64,000 nt of DNA, from the NCBI RefSeq assembly GCF_025526975.1, contig NW_026515690.1, positions 62,001 to 126,000 on the forward strand, written 5' to 3'. Below the pieces are notes generated by a model, which saw nothing but the letters and a program-made list of their open reading frames with translations, made no database searches and was not told the origin of the DNA. Positions within the stretch are counted from its first letter, which is position 1; the number at the start of each line of letters is the position of its first letter. Below are positions 53,706 through 64,000 of this stretch, one piece after another. A program made the position numbers and the translations under genes. Origin of the DNA: Fimicolochytrium jonesii (Eukaryota).

Positions 53706-55341
53706 CTACTGCCTCCACAACCCAACCACCCCATCGTCACACCACACCGCAGCGACGTTCGCCGCCGGATGCCCCACAGCGCCAATCACCTCCGCCCCCT
53801 CTGCACACACCTTCCACCCGCTGACCAGCTTCCCGCTCTCGGAGTGGAACGCGTACACGTGGCCGTCTTCGGCCGCGAGGAGGATGTACTCGCCTTTGGG
53901 TGTGGTGGTTGCGTGAATGAAGGAGGGAGCTGTTGGGCGTGTGTCCGACAGGAGGGTTAGGGTTTTTTGGATCTGCAATGGGGGGTGTACGAGTTAGAGG
54001 GTGTGACGGTGGGGCGGAATACATGGACGCAAAACATACCTTCCCGCGCCCATCGACGACATACGCATACGGGCTCTTGTTACACACAACAATATGGTCC
54101 AAATTCCGGGGCGAGATGCAAAGATTGTTGATCGTCGGGGTGTTCACACCGCTCGAGACCGCTTTCCCCTCATGCAGGGTAACTGTACCCACACATTCGG
54201 TCGTCTTGACGTCCCAGATCTTGCAGGTCCCGTCCGAGCTTCCACTCATCACCTTGGTCCAGTCCATCAGGAATATAGCGTGGTTGACGAACGACGTGTG
54301 GCCGCGAAACTCTTTGACCAGTTTGCCTGATTTCAGGCCGTGTAAGCGGATGGTCATGTCGAAGCTCGAGCTGAGTAGCTGCGTCCCGTCTGCCGAGAAC
54401 GCGACGGAAGTGACACCCTGTGCGTGGGCGGGGACAAGACGGCGAGTACATTGCCCCGTCGCGACTTTCCACACCTTAATCCGCCCATCCTGCCCGCCAC
54501 TCGCAAGCGTCTCGCTGTCCCTGCTGAACGCAAGACACAGCACAGCCGATTCCATCAGCATCGGGTTATCAGCCGCCTGGTACGGTAGGTCTTTCCGCAA
54601 TTTCCCCGTCATGTAGTTCCAAATCTCAATGAACCCGTCCATGCTCCCCGTCGCGAGGTAATGCCCACCGGGTGAGAACGCCACACACTCCGCCATCTGC
54701 TTCTTCGGAAACTTGATCGTATTATAGCAATCCTCGGGTATCGCGTCCTCCTCCGCGGTCGCCATCGGCGCCGCCCCGCGAAACATGTCGTACGCCGTGT
54801 CGGTGGGTAACAATCCCTGCGAGTTCTGCCATTTGAGCGCCTGCCCTAGCAATGCCAGCAACCGTGCGGGAGCGACAACGGAGACCTCCCCCGCCAACGC
54901 CTGCGCGATCACCTGCCGCCGTTTGGATTTACTCCCATCGTGCGGGTACGCCTCCTTCTCATCGAACATCGTCATGCTGAGCAGATGCTCAAGGTGCAGG
55001 TACCGATCCGGGTAATGGTCTTTACAGAACTGCATCGGGTCCGTCTGCCTCAACAGCGATCTCGCCGCGCCCAGTTCCCGCATCTCCAGCAACTCCAGAG
55101 TGATCTGCTCATAGAGGTCAACCAGTTTCCGCTGTGGGATTTTCAGTTGGGAGATGGTTTTGAGGACTACATCCCACCGCCCGGCGAGGATATCGGCTGT
55201 GAAGGTGTCCACGCTGTCGACGGTGTTGAGCGAGACGCTGGTTTCGGATTGGAGGGCGGCGAGGGTGCGGGGGAGGTTGTTTTCCTTGAGGAATTGGTGG
55301 ATGAGGCGGATGACGTCCGCGGCTTCGATGTCGAAGGACAT
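53706..55341 (-). CDS. SMU1: WD40 spliceosomal protein SMU1
   Basis: IEAADVIRLIHQFLKENNL (LisH), ARSLLRQTDPM, SMDGFIEIWNYMTGKLRKDL, IRLHGLKSGKLVKEFRGHTSFVN. One intron near 53977-54039. Confidence 0.96.
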
Positions 55342-55754
55342 GCCTCTCTGATATGTATTCTATGCTTGCTGAAGGGAGGGAGTATTTAGATTCTCTGGTT
55401 GAGAAGGGCTGTTGAATTGTCGGCTGTTGAGATTGCCTGGGGTTTGCATGCTGTTTTTCAGTCGAGGTTCCAGGAAAGTCTGCGCGCGCCGGAATCCCTC
55501 AAACACACATTGGATATCCCACCGTGGAATCCATATTAAGGCCGATCGTAGTAAGCGGTTTTGAAGTTTTATTTACAAGTGCGGTTGTGAGATAGATGAT
55601 GGCTGCCTCAGCTATCTCCTACTCTGCGGAGGGATCTGCTCTGATGGGAGTGCGGGGTGCGCTAACATGAATAAATATGGTCAGAGGGTTGTTGCTAGAT
55701 CTGATCTTCGGAGAGCTGAATATGGTGGTAAGGTGGGCAGAATCGGCGGTCCGC

Positions 55755-57837
55755 TCATTCCGCCCTCGGCACCTTCGTAGCCGGTGCACCCGCCGCACCA
55801 TCCTCCGCCTTCCGCTTCTCTCCTCCCGGGGCAGCGGCCCCACCCGACGAAATCATCGGCGGCTTGTTCCTATCCCGCGAGTTCCGATCCGCGCCAAACC
55901 CACCGGGCGCACCACCCCGGGGTCCACCCCTGAACCCGCCCCGTCCTCCACGACCACGACCACCGCCCCGGTTCCCATCCCTGTTCCCACCGAACCCGCC
56001 ATTACGACCTCCACCTCGGTTGTTGTTCGTGACGGTGTTGTTACCAGGCGGGCCGCGGTTCTTCTTACGCGTCATCTCAGCGAAGTTATCCCAGTGCGTG
56101 TCGGCTTCCTCTGGCGTCGCCACGCGGAAGACGGTGCGTGATTCGGCGATGCCGTTGGGGGCTTCGACGACGCCTTCGGGGGACGCGTTGATTTTGGTGA
56201 GGAAGGCGGGGGCGGTGTTGGGGTTGGCGAAGACGACGTAGCCGGTGGGGTCGCCGGAGTTGTACCGGAGGAAGCGGACGCGCTCGAAGCCGGCGAAGAA
56301 TTGCTGAGGGGGACCATTTGATGTGAGTGAAATGACCTTTGAACTACACTTGTGCAGGCGCGACAAGCACATACCTTGACATCCTCGAAAAGCGCAAGAG
56401 GGCCCGCCCCATCAAAGTGAATGATGCAGTTCTCGACCCGATGTGATGTGTTGTTCTGGTGCTCGCGCGCAAGAGCTGTGCCCTGCACAGACCCCGTCCC
56501 GCGGCGTGCTTCGAAGGGCTTCAGGTAGTTCAGCTGGGGGAGGCCATCCGCTTCTGGCTGGTGCATCTTTTCGCCGTACTCTTTTTGCTTGATTTCGATG
56601 TACTCGTCCCTGGGTTAGGTGAGAGGTGTGTCATGCTGTCAGCTTCCAAACAGATTTGACGGAACTTTGAAGTTTGCATCGCTGGTCGTACTTCATATAC
56701 ATGAGCAGTGGGGTCTCCTTGTACGAGATTGTCATGTCGCGGACCTTCGTGGCCTCGTCCTCGGTTTCAAATTCGACAAAGACGGACCCCTGACAGATGC
56801 ACATGTATTAGCGGCAAGCAAAAGGGTAAAAGCATCGTCCGTAAACGGGAGTCATCCATTACACACCTTGAACTTCGCCGCATACCCGCCCTTTTCGCGC
56901 CGCGCCCTTACGTTGCGAACTCGACCATATGCAGTGAAGAACTTCCGAACCTCGGCGGGCACATCCTTCATGTCCACAGGGAATCCTTTCTAGAAATCCA
57001 AGGGTCAGCTCTTTCCTCCATAAGGATTTCACTCTTCCGCGCCCCCTCTGTCTCTTCCTCCAATCATCCCACTCCCAAAACGTACAGCGTAAATCGACTT
57101 CCTGTTTGCAGGGTGAACAGGCCTGATCTGCGTCAACCGGCGCACTTGCGTGCTGTCCGGCGAGACCTGTAGCATTTGCGGGCTGTGCTTCAGAGCTTTT
57201 GCGACGAGTTCCACGTCGGTTGTGAGCTCCTTCAGCTTGTTGAATGTGAGGAGGACTGTGATGTTGACCCAGCCTTCGGGGCTGTTGTTGATGGTCTCCA
57301 GGAGGAATCTATCCCGGGGGAGGTTGACATCTGGAAAGCATGACAACTATGAGCTTCCCACATGTGCATCAATGAGGGGATCCCAGATTCCATCGTCTCC
57401 ACAGTTTTTGTCCGTTTGACGCTTACAAGCCCGTACCACTGAAGTAATATTCGACCTGCTTGAGAATTTTGGCATACAGCTCCCTCTTCTCAGGGTCCTC
57501 AGGCAGTGGATGGGATGGCGCCAAGCCAATCCTCTGCATAGGAGCCGAGGTGGGAGCTACTGGGGCCGTAGGTTGTTCCGCTGACTGATCATCGGCCGGA
57601 GTGATCTTTGTATCAGACGTTTCCTGCTTCACCGGGATCTCACTGATGGTGTCCTCGACCTTCACCTCCGCCTCCTCGGTGGTGGCGACTTTGCTCTTCA
57701 GCTGCGTTGCATACATGTTATTTCGGGAGGCCAAGTGACATTGAACACCTCGCGTAACCAACGAATACCTCTTCGGCTTTCACCTCGGGGGCGACAAGCT
57801 CCTCCTTGACCTCCTGTTTGATGGCTTCGGTGGTCAT
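55755..57837 (-). CDS. LHP1: La autoantigen homologue (LAM + RRM + RGG tail), multi-exon
   Basis: ILKQVEYYFS-DVNLPRDRFLL...GWVNITVLLTFNKLK...QVRR; RRGAKRAGMRRSSR region with GSVFVEFET RNP motif; RGG-rich C-terminus. Confidence 0.88.
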
Positions 57838-58980
57838 CTTTGCGGCGTTCCTGTCGTGGTCGTCGTCGAGATATGTGGTGTATGAACGGTTCAAACTGAC
57901 CGTTTGAAGAACGAGGAAAAGAAGGCGGACTTTCGAGGTCAAAAAGCGGAAAGTGGAAAGCGAGCTGAGTCACGTGACACCCACGCTGTCGAGATTGCGT
58001 TGACTTGCGCGTTTGACAGTTTTCTTGAGGAAGACTTGTATGACTTGTATGACCAGGATGAGCGAAGCGTTCTCTTTCCAACGGACACATATTGACAAGA
58101 TAGGGAGGTGCTGGTTTCTTCGCGGATGGGGCAGTAAAGTGAACCGACTTCGACCTCTGAATGATGCCAATCTTGGCATCAAATCGATGTGGGTGGACCT
58201 CCCGCGAGAAGGCATGCCTGATGAGATGTCGGCGCCATCATCAAAAACATCTCTGGGGATCTCGGCCAGCAGCAGTACATAGATACCAGCAGCGGTGCAA
58301 CTGCGTACAGTACTGTAGGATGTAGAGGATGCCACCAGCCTCATGTATTGCGCGGGGGACCCTGTGGCCACCTGTCTGTGCGCGCACACGCGAATTTCAT
58401 TTTGGCGAAGTTGGCAACACCCGCGCGTACGAGAGCGGAAATTGGAACCGTGCACAAAAGTAATATATGGATAGCCGCTGTTCGTTTTTCATTGCTATGG
58501 GCATTGACTCTTGAGGCATCCCTAATGAATGCTTGAGGAAGAGCGAGACATAGCCTCATTTGGTGCTTCGTCACCGGTTTCACAAGGATCATCTTCCAGT
58601 ATCTCTCCCGACGAAGCCATCCTCACGTACGCGTCGAGGCTGGTCGTACTCCACCGCGGAACTTCGACGCCCATAGAGTCTATTGCGCTCTAGCCGCCAT
58701 TCGTGATCACTATTGCCTGCTGGAGAATGAAATGTGGCTCCGCCATGCACATTGCAATGTATGCCGGGATAGCTTGATACATGTCCGATGTACTGTGCTT
58801 GCCACTTTGGTACATTGTGACGACCTACACTTCTGTGATGCCGTACATAGTGGGCAAACCGTATCATGCGGACATCGCTAGGGGCAAGATATGTGGGGTA
58901 GTGCCGCAGGGAATGAGCTAGTGATGGTTGCTCGAGCTCGTCGGTGTCTGCGATGCGGCTGTTGCAGAGGGGCCTCGGTC

Positions 58981-58987
58981 TATAAAA
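58981..58987 (+). promoter_or_regulatory. TATA box of the secreted repeat-precursor gene
   Basis: TATAAAA 90 nt upstream of the ATG at 59071. Confidence 0.6.
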
Positions 58988-59070
58988 GAGGATGTTAGGC
59001 AGGCACCTCATCCTCAACAAAGCAGCACATCTCGCATCACATATTCCCTTCCACCCCGCAAAACACAGCA

Positions 59071-59856
59071 ATGTACCTCCAACCCACGCTCCTCGCCCTC
59101 CTCGGCACCGCGCTCGTCTCTTCCTCCCTCGTCGCCGCAGCACCCGCCGCTGCCGCCAATGCCCCCGTCGACGGCTGGCGCTGGGACACCGTCCCCGCCA
59201 CGGCCCCCACCGACGGCTGGCGATGGGTCCAAGTCCCCGCCGACAAGCCCGAGGACGGCTGGAGATGGATCCAGGTTCCCGCCCTTTCCAAGCGCGCTGG
59301 GCCCACTGACGGATGGTGGTTCGACACCGTGCCCGCTGACAAGCCCGCCGATGGCTGGAGATGGGTGCAAGTCCCCGCCGACAAGCCCGAGGACGGATGG
59401 AGGTGGAAGCAGGAGCCTATCGTCAACAAGCTCGATGCTCCCGTTGGGTGGAGATGTCCTCCGGGTTGTCAGATAGATGGACCCACGAAGCGCGAAGTGA
59501 CGCTTGACGCGCGCAAGGCTCCCGTCTCTGACTGCCCGTACGTATGCTTCATTTTCCGTCCTTAAAGCCATCCCATCGCTGATTTCTGGGCCTTTGCTCT
59601 CATAGGTGGGACGACATCACGGCCTCAGCAAAATCCGGCTCCTGCCTCGGCGGCAAGCTGCGTCTCTGCTGGCCCGACGCCAATGACATTCCGAGGTGGG
59701 TCTCGCTCGGCGAGTCGGACAAGTGCAAGACGAGCGGGAACTACTGCTTCACGGCTGAGGGACAGCAGGTAAGGTTCTGAGTGCATCGCGTTGATATCGA
59801 TGCTGAAATGTTGTTCGCTGACCCAAGACGGATTTACCGTTCTGTAGTGCAAATGA
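59071..59856 (+). CDS. Secreted Kex2-type repeat precursor (PxDGWRW repeats) with C-terminal 6-Cys domain; exons 59071-59537, 59606-59768, 59848-59856 (212 aa)
   Basis: Hydrophobic signal peptide, six 14-aa-spaced DGW(R/W)(W/F) repeats, two KR sites, canonical introns GTACGT..TAG and GTAAGG..TAG giving an open Cys-rich frame. Confidence 0.82.
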
Positions 59857-61538
59857 ACGCCCCTAACCGTCGCCCAACGTCGGCAGGGACCGTCTTGATC
59901 CACCGCCCGAAGAAAGATGGGAATGCATCTCCCACGTCAAATGTGGAACCTTCGTGAGGTCAAACAGGATGGAAACCACTCGAGATCCTCGATTAGCATA
60001 TCCTTTCCAGCGATACAATCACTCCCATAGACTTGCATCAGTCCTCCCGTAGCCGGGCATCTCGTACACTTTTTTCTGTAACCGTTTCCAATCTTCGTTG
60101 GTAGAGTCATAACAAACAAATCATACATGCCTAAGGTGCTTTACTGAAAATGAGGGGGAACGGGGGCGGGTGATCATGACAGAACTCTTGCCGTGCATGG
60201 CTCCCTTCAGCCGTGCTCGGAGAGCCTGAAACCGCTGTTCTCAGCCAGACAAGCGACGAGGGACCTGTCGCACCCTGAACGCAACACCCTGCTCTCATGT
60301 CCATCGGAGTTCTAGAGCCGGAAGCCACCACTTCCTCGGACAAAACCAATCCTGATACCAGCCCCGCCGTCGAAACTCCATCCCGCGCGCCCGGCACGAT
60401 TCGCAGCGGCTGAGTTCCCAATGAGGTCATGCACATAGAGGTCATGCACATTGTCGAGGACTGCATACTTGAAGTTGGGTACGGGAAAAAGTTTCTCGTC
60501 GAGGAGAGTGATGGCGAAGTGTGAAAAAATTAGGAAGTTTGCGATGCCGCGCCTGTGCGGCTACATACTTTGCCTGCGCTTGCTCTGAATCGGTGATAGG
60601 TTCGACCTGCCGAGCAGGACGAAGATTGCAATAGACAGGGCAAACACTGTGTCTCCGACCGTAATTTCGATGTCGGCATCGTCGAAATCGTACGAAGTGT
60701 GCCTTTTGGTTGCAACACGATTGGCGTTGGCTATCTGACCGTGTGCGTCCGCCGGTGTGTCTGTGGACACACTTTTGGTGTCGGAGAAGAGGGAGTAGTC
60801 GGTGGTCATCTTGCACTGTTGCACACGTTAGATGAGTTTGCCTATACCAGCGGAGGCCTAGATTTGTCAAGCTTGGTGGCTCTCACCCGGCTGGCAGACA
60901 GGACGGCTGTGATGAGGAAGCCTAGATGGAGTTGGGAAGAGTCGTACATAGTGTCAGTCGTGCTGAGGAAGAAGTCATAGGTATCTCAAAGAACATCTTC
61001 TGCCCGTCTCCAGTCCTTCTCCCTTATGTCAGGATGGATGGCACACTCTCACCACTCGGCAGGAAGATAGGATGGCTGCGATAATCTACCTATAGGGGTG
61101 TTTGCCCAGAATGTCAGTTGTCGTAGTTGGTAAGCTCAAGGTGAAGACGCCATCTCCATCTTTTGTGAGACCGGCCGTTCTTGAACGAGCGTTTGGAGGG
61201 TTGTGTGCAGGGTTGTGTGTTCAAGGTAGAAACTCGACAGCGCGAAACCTGTCATTCCATGCCTAACAGGTACTAAGCTGTTAGTCGCAGGACTCTGCTC
61301 TTCGACCCCGATGTCGTCGCATCTTCACCGTCCCTGTCTGATGCATCTACGCACACTTCCAACCCACACGCACTCCTCGTTACTCCGCCTTGCCAGTCCT
61401 TTCGGGCCTCTCTCTCAGTCGTACCCCCTCCGGCTCCAACCCCACCACTGTCATCTCGCCCAAAAGTCCTCCCACGCGAATCACGCCTCCCGCTCCGCAT
61501 TCGCACTTGTGCCTTCGTCCAATTCACCAGCTACAGTC

Positions 61539-62297
61539 ATGTCCGTCGGCTCCACCACCTCCTCGCAACCAACAACAACAGCGCTGCCACCGCCATCCTT
61601 CCCGTCCCCATCCCGCCAAAAAGAGCTAGGAGAAATGTGGGAGCGCGCGGTGCAGTGTATTCGCGTTCCGCTTCAGGACTGTGGAGGTGGGGAGGAGGTG
61701 GAGGACGTGTTCATCCAGGGCTTGGAATATATCCAGGGAAGGAGAGAGGCAATGAAGGAATGGCCGGAGATATTGCGAGAGGGTGTTTGGTGAGTTGATT
61801 GCTGGTGTGTAGTGTGTTTGGATACGCTAACAAGGCAGGATGGGTGTGATCGCATTCACTTCAACCAACACAATGGGAACCAACCAACCAGGTACATGAT
61901 AACCGCCTGGAACTCCATGGGCGCCACCCAACCCGCTCACATCAACCAGGCCGCCAACGAGCTACTACATTCACGCTTGTCGGAGGTATTCCCGTCAAAG
62001 GCATCACCACGCATATTAGAAGCATACGGCACGGACGACACGGAGGCGTGGCGGGAGGATGGGTTTGCTGTTCATGTCAGCACATCTACAATTCAGGATC
62101 AGTCACACGCGAGTGAGGAAGAAGTGATTTTAGGGCTGGGGAGGGAGTTTGGGCAGGTTGCGCTGTATCGGCTTGAATGGGTATCTGATGCGGGCGGGGA
62201 GGGGAAGGAAGTGCGGGGAAGGATGATACAGAGGGTTGTGGCGTGCTATGAGGAGATGAGGGGGGTTGAGTCGGATATTGAGGTGGGGAGGAGGTAG
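61539..62297 (+). CDS. DUF3293-like protein, 2 exons (may start at 61311)
   Basis: ITAWNS...NQAANELL...WREDGFAV...LGREFGQVALY matches my recollection of the DUF3293 pattern. Intron at about 61790-61834. Confidence 0.65.
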
Positions 62298-62683
62298 ACG
62301 TGGGATATGGGATGTAGCTTGGATTAGCGGAAGGAAGCAGAGCTGAGGGTTGATTATGATTCTCCATGTACATACATACTGCCGCGCAGGCTTCTGATGC
62401 AGTTGTTGAATGCATCCGCTACGTACATATGATTTCAGTAAATCGATGTCTGGAAAGGTGAGGGATGTCTGCGGACTCCAGTGAGGCATGGTTACTGTAC
62501 TGTATATATGCGCGTCCCGCCCGCGAAGAAGCACGTCGCCGAAGTCGCAGCCCCCAGGGTTTGGCTCTCACTTCTCCCACCACCCCCAGCAGCCTGTGCA
62601 GCAGCCTCAGCGACGCAACACAACAACAGCCCCTATCCCCCAAAACACCCTCCCCCCAAAGGAAGCTTCTCCCCCCCACCACC

Positions 62684-64000
62684 ATGTCGCTCACTCCGCC
62701 CGCCTCTCCTCCGTCCAGTCCACGCCCACAGTTCCCCCAAATATCGCGACAAAACTCCGCTGTCCGCCAACGGCCACCGCCAAAGCACCCAGACGACATC
62801 ATCCCCACCTCCGCCTCCCAAACAACCCCCCTCTGGTCCGTCTTCTCCCTCAACCCCGCCTCCTCCTTCGCCCTTACCGCCCCACGCGGCGAACCCACCC
62901 GCCCTTGGCCAACCCTGTTCCCGCTCTACCCTCACCTCGGCATCCCGCTTCTCATTGTCACACTCATCGTCAGTCTGCCCATCCTCTCATTCACATGGCC
63001 GATTGTACTCGCCCTGTACCCGCTATATTACCTCCTCACCTACGTCTGGCGCGCAAACCACTACGGACATACCCTCCACCCGGTCCCCTGGAACGAGGCG
63101 TGGAAGGTTCTCCCGCCCGCCAACGCAAAGAACGCCCCCGGGCTCCCGCCGAGTCTCTACGGAGTCTGGCAGATGAGTGGCAACCCGTTGCCGGATGCGT
63201 TGATGACGTTTGCGGGGGGCGTGCCGAGTGTGGTCGAGTTGGGTGAGGATGACGTGGGGATCCATGAGGGACCGAAAAGGAAGAGGGCGAGGAGGATGCA
63301 GAGGAGGTATACCTTGAAGGTGTATGAGCAGAATACTTGGACTTGGCATGGAGATATCTTTGGGACGGCGCTTTATCATGAGGTTAAGAGGAATCGACTG
63401 AGATATGAGGGGAGGTTTAGTGAGGTGAGTGACGTGAAGCGATAGCGAGCGAGCGAGGACGAATGCAGTGAGTGCATGCGAAGCGAGTCCCTTGCGCCGA
63501 AGGCGCAATACCCCTGACACGCTATTTAGCGAGCACTGGCGAGCGTCAGATCTTTTGCGAGCGAAGCGAGCACGCTCCGCCCATCGCAACCCAACCTCCT
63601 CGTTGTGAGCGGAGCGAGCAGGATGTCATCAATCAAACATCAATAAACCATCAACCATGGCTCACTTTCACATCCGCTCATCAAACCCATCCCTCCCTCA
63701 ATCTTAGGACCTGAAATACGCGCAAATCTACCCAATAGTAACCATCCCCTTCGTCGACCAAGACGTCGTAGTCCCGCCCTACCTCGCCTGCTTCACTCTC
63801 CGAGAGGTCGGCGAAGGCCACTGGATCCGCGAGAGTTGGTTCTTTTGCATCCGGATGCTCGATTACCATTTCGTGAGGGTTGTGGATGAGAAGGGGAGGA
63901 GGGATGAGGAGAGGTGGGATATGTGTAGTCGGAGTCGGGTGCCGGGGCGCACGATGTTGGTTGCGAAGAGTGTGCCTTCGACAGAGAGCGTGGGTAAGAG
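62684..64000 (+). CDS. Hypothetical membrane protein, runs off window end
   Basis: Exon 1 has TM segments and LPPSLYGVWQMSGNPLPD. Intron 63425-63707 rejoins an open frame DLKYAQIYPIV... to the window end. Confidence 0.6.
63436..63625 (+). repeat. Hairpin-rich repeat element, copy 2, intronic
   Basis: TTGCGCC-GAA-GGCGCAA hairpin (63492-63508) and GCGAGCGAAGCGAGCAC (63557-63573); collinear with the reverse complement of 28600-28822. Confidence 0.6.

Noticed and set aside
3271..57837. Apparent clustering of RNA-processing genes (AQR, SF3B4, SMU1, La)
   Set aside because: They are separated by many unrelated genes; expected by chance in a gene-dense genome.
59160..59410. 42-nt periodic DNA repeats as a CRISPR array or satellite
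   Set aside because: The repeats are in-frame coding units with synonymous variation and no unique spacers; eukaryotic context with no cas genes.
59538..59565. ORF-track C-terminus YVCFIFRP of the repeat precursor
   Set aside because: Read-through into an intron that has a canonical donor, branch site and acceptor; the spliced Cys-rich frame is more coherent.
1..64000. tRNA, rRNA, spliceosomal snRNA or transposase/RT genes
   Set aside because: No diagnostic motifs recognised by eye; a covariance-model scan would be needed to exclude them fully.

Overview
Gene-dense eukaryotic DNA with short GT-AG introns (about 55-90 nt), most likely from a flagellated early-diverging fungus (chytrid-like). 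This is inferred from fungal-type genes together with the axonemal gene PACRG. About 27 protein-coding genes can be modelled: stomatin-like, alpha/beta hydrolase, Aquarius, a hybrid histidine-kinase-like protein, RidA, ARPC2, an INTS5-like protein, SF3B4, Rho1, SYG1/XPR1, mitochondrial AAT, SSADH, aspartokinase, PACRG, a sorting nexin, GPN3, ferric reductase, DUF1295, ArsC, BET5, a C2H2 factor, SMU1, La, DUF3293 and several unknowns. The most striking locus is a three-exon gene at 59071-59856. It encodes a secreted precursor: signal peptide, two KR-delimited blocks of 14-aa PxDGWRW repeats, and a 6-Cys C-terminal domain that only appears after splicing. Other notable items are a MASE1-type pseudo-histidine kinase with one intact and one Asp-to-Glu receiver, bacterial-type ArsC and DUF3293 genes, a related mini-hairpin element in two long introns, and an exact 77-bp duplication at the AAT 3' end. 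All assignments come from motif recognition by eye, and exon boundaries are manual inferences.
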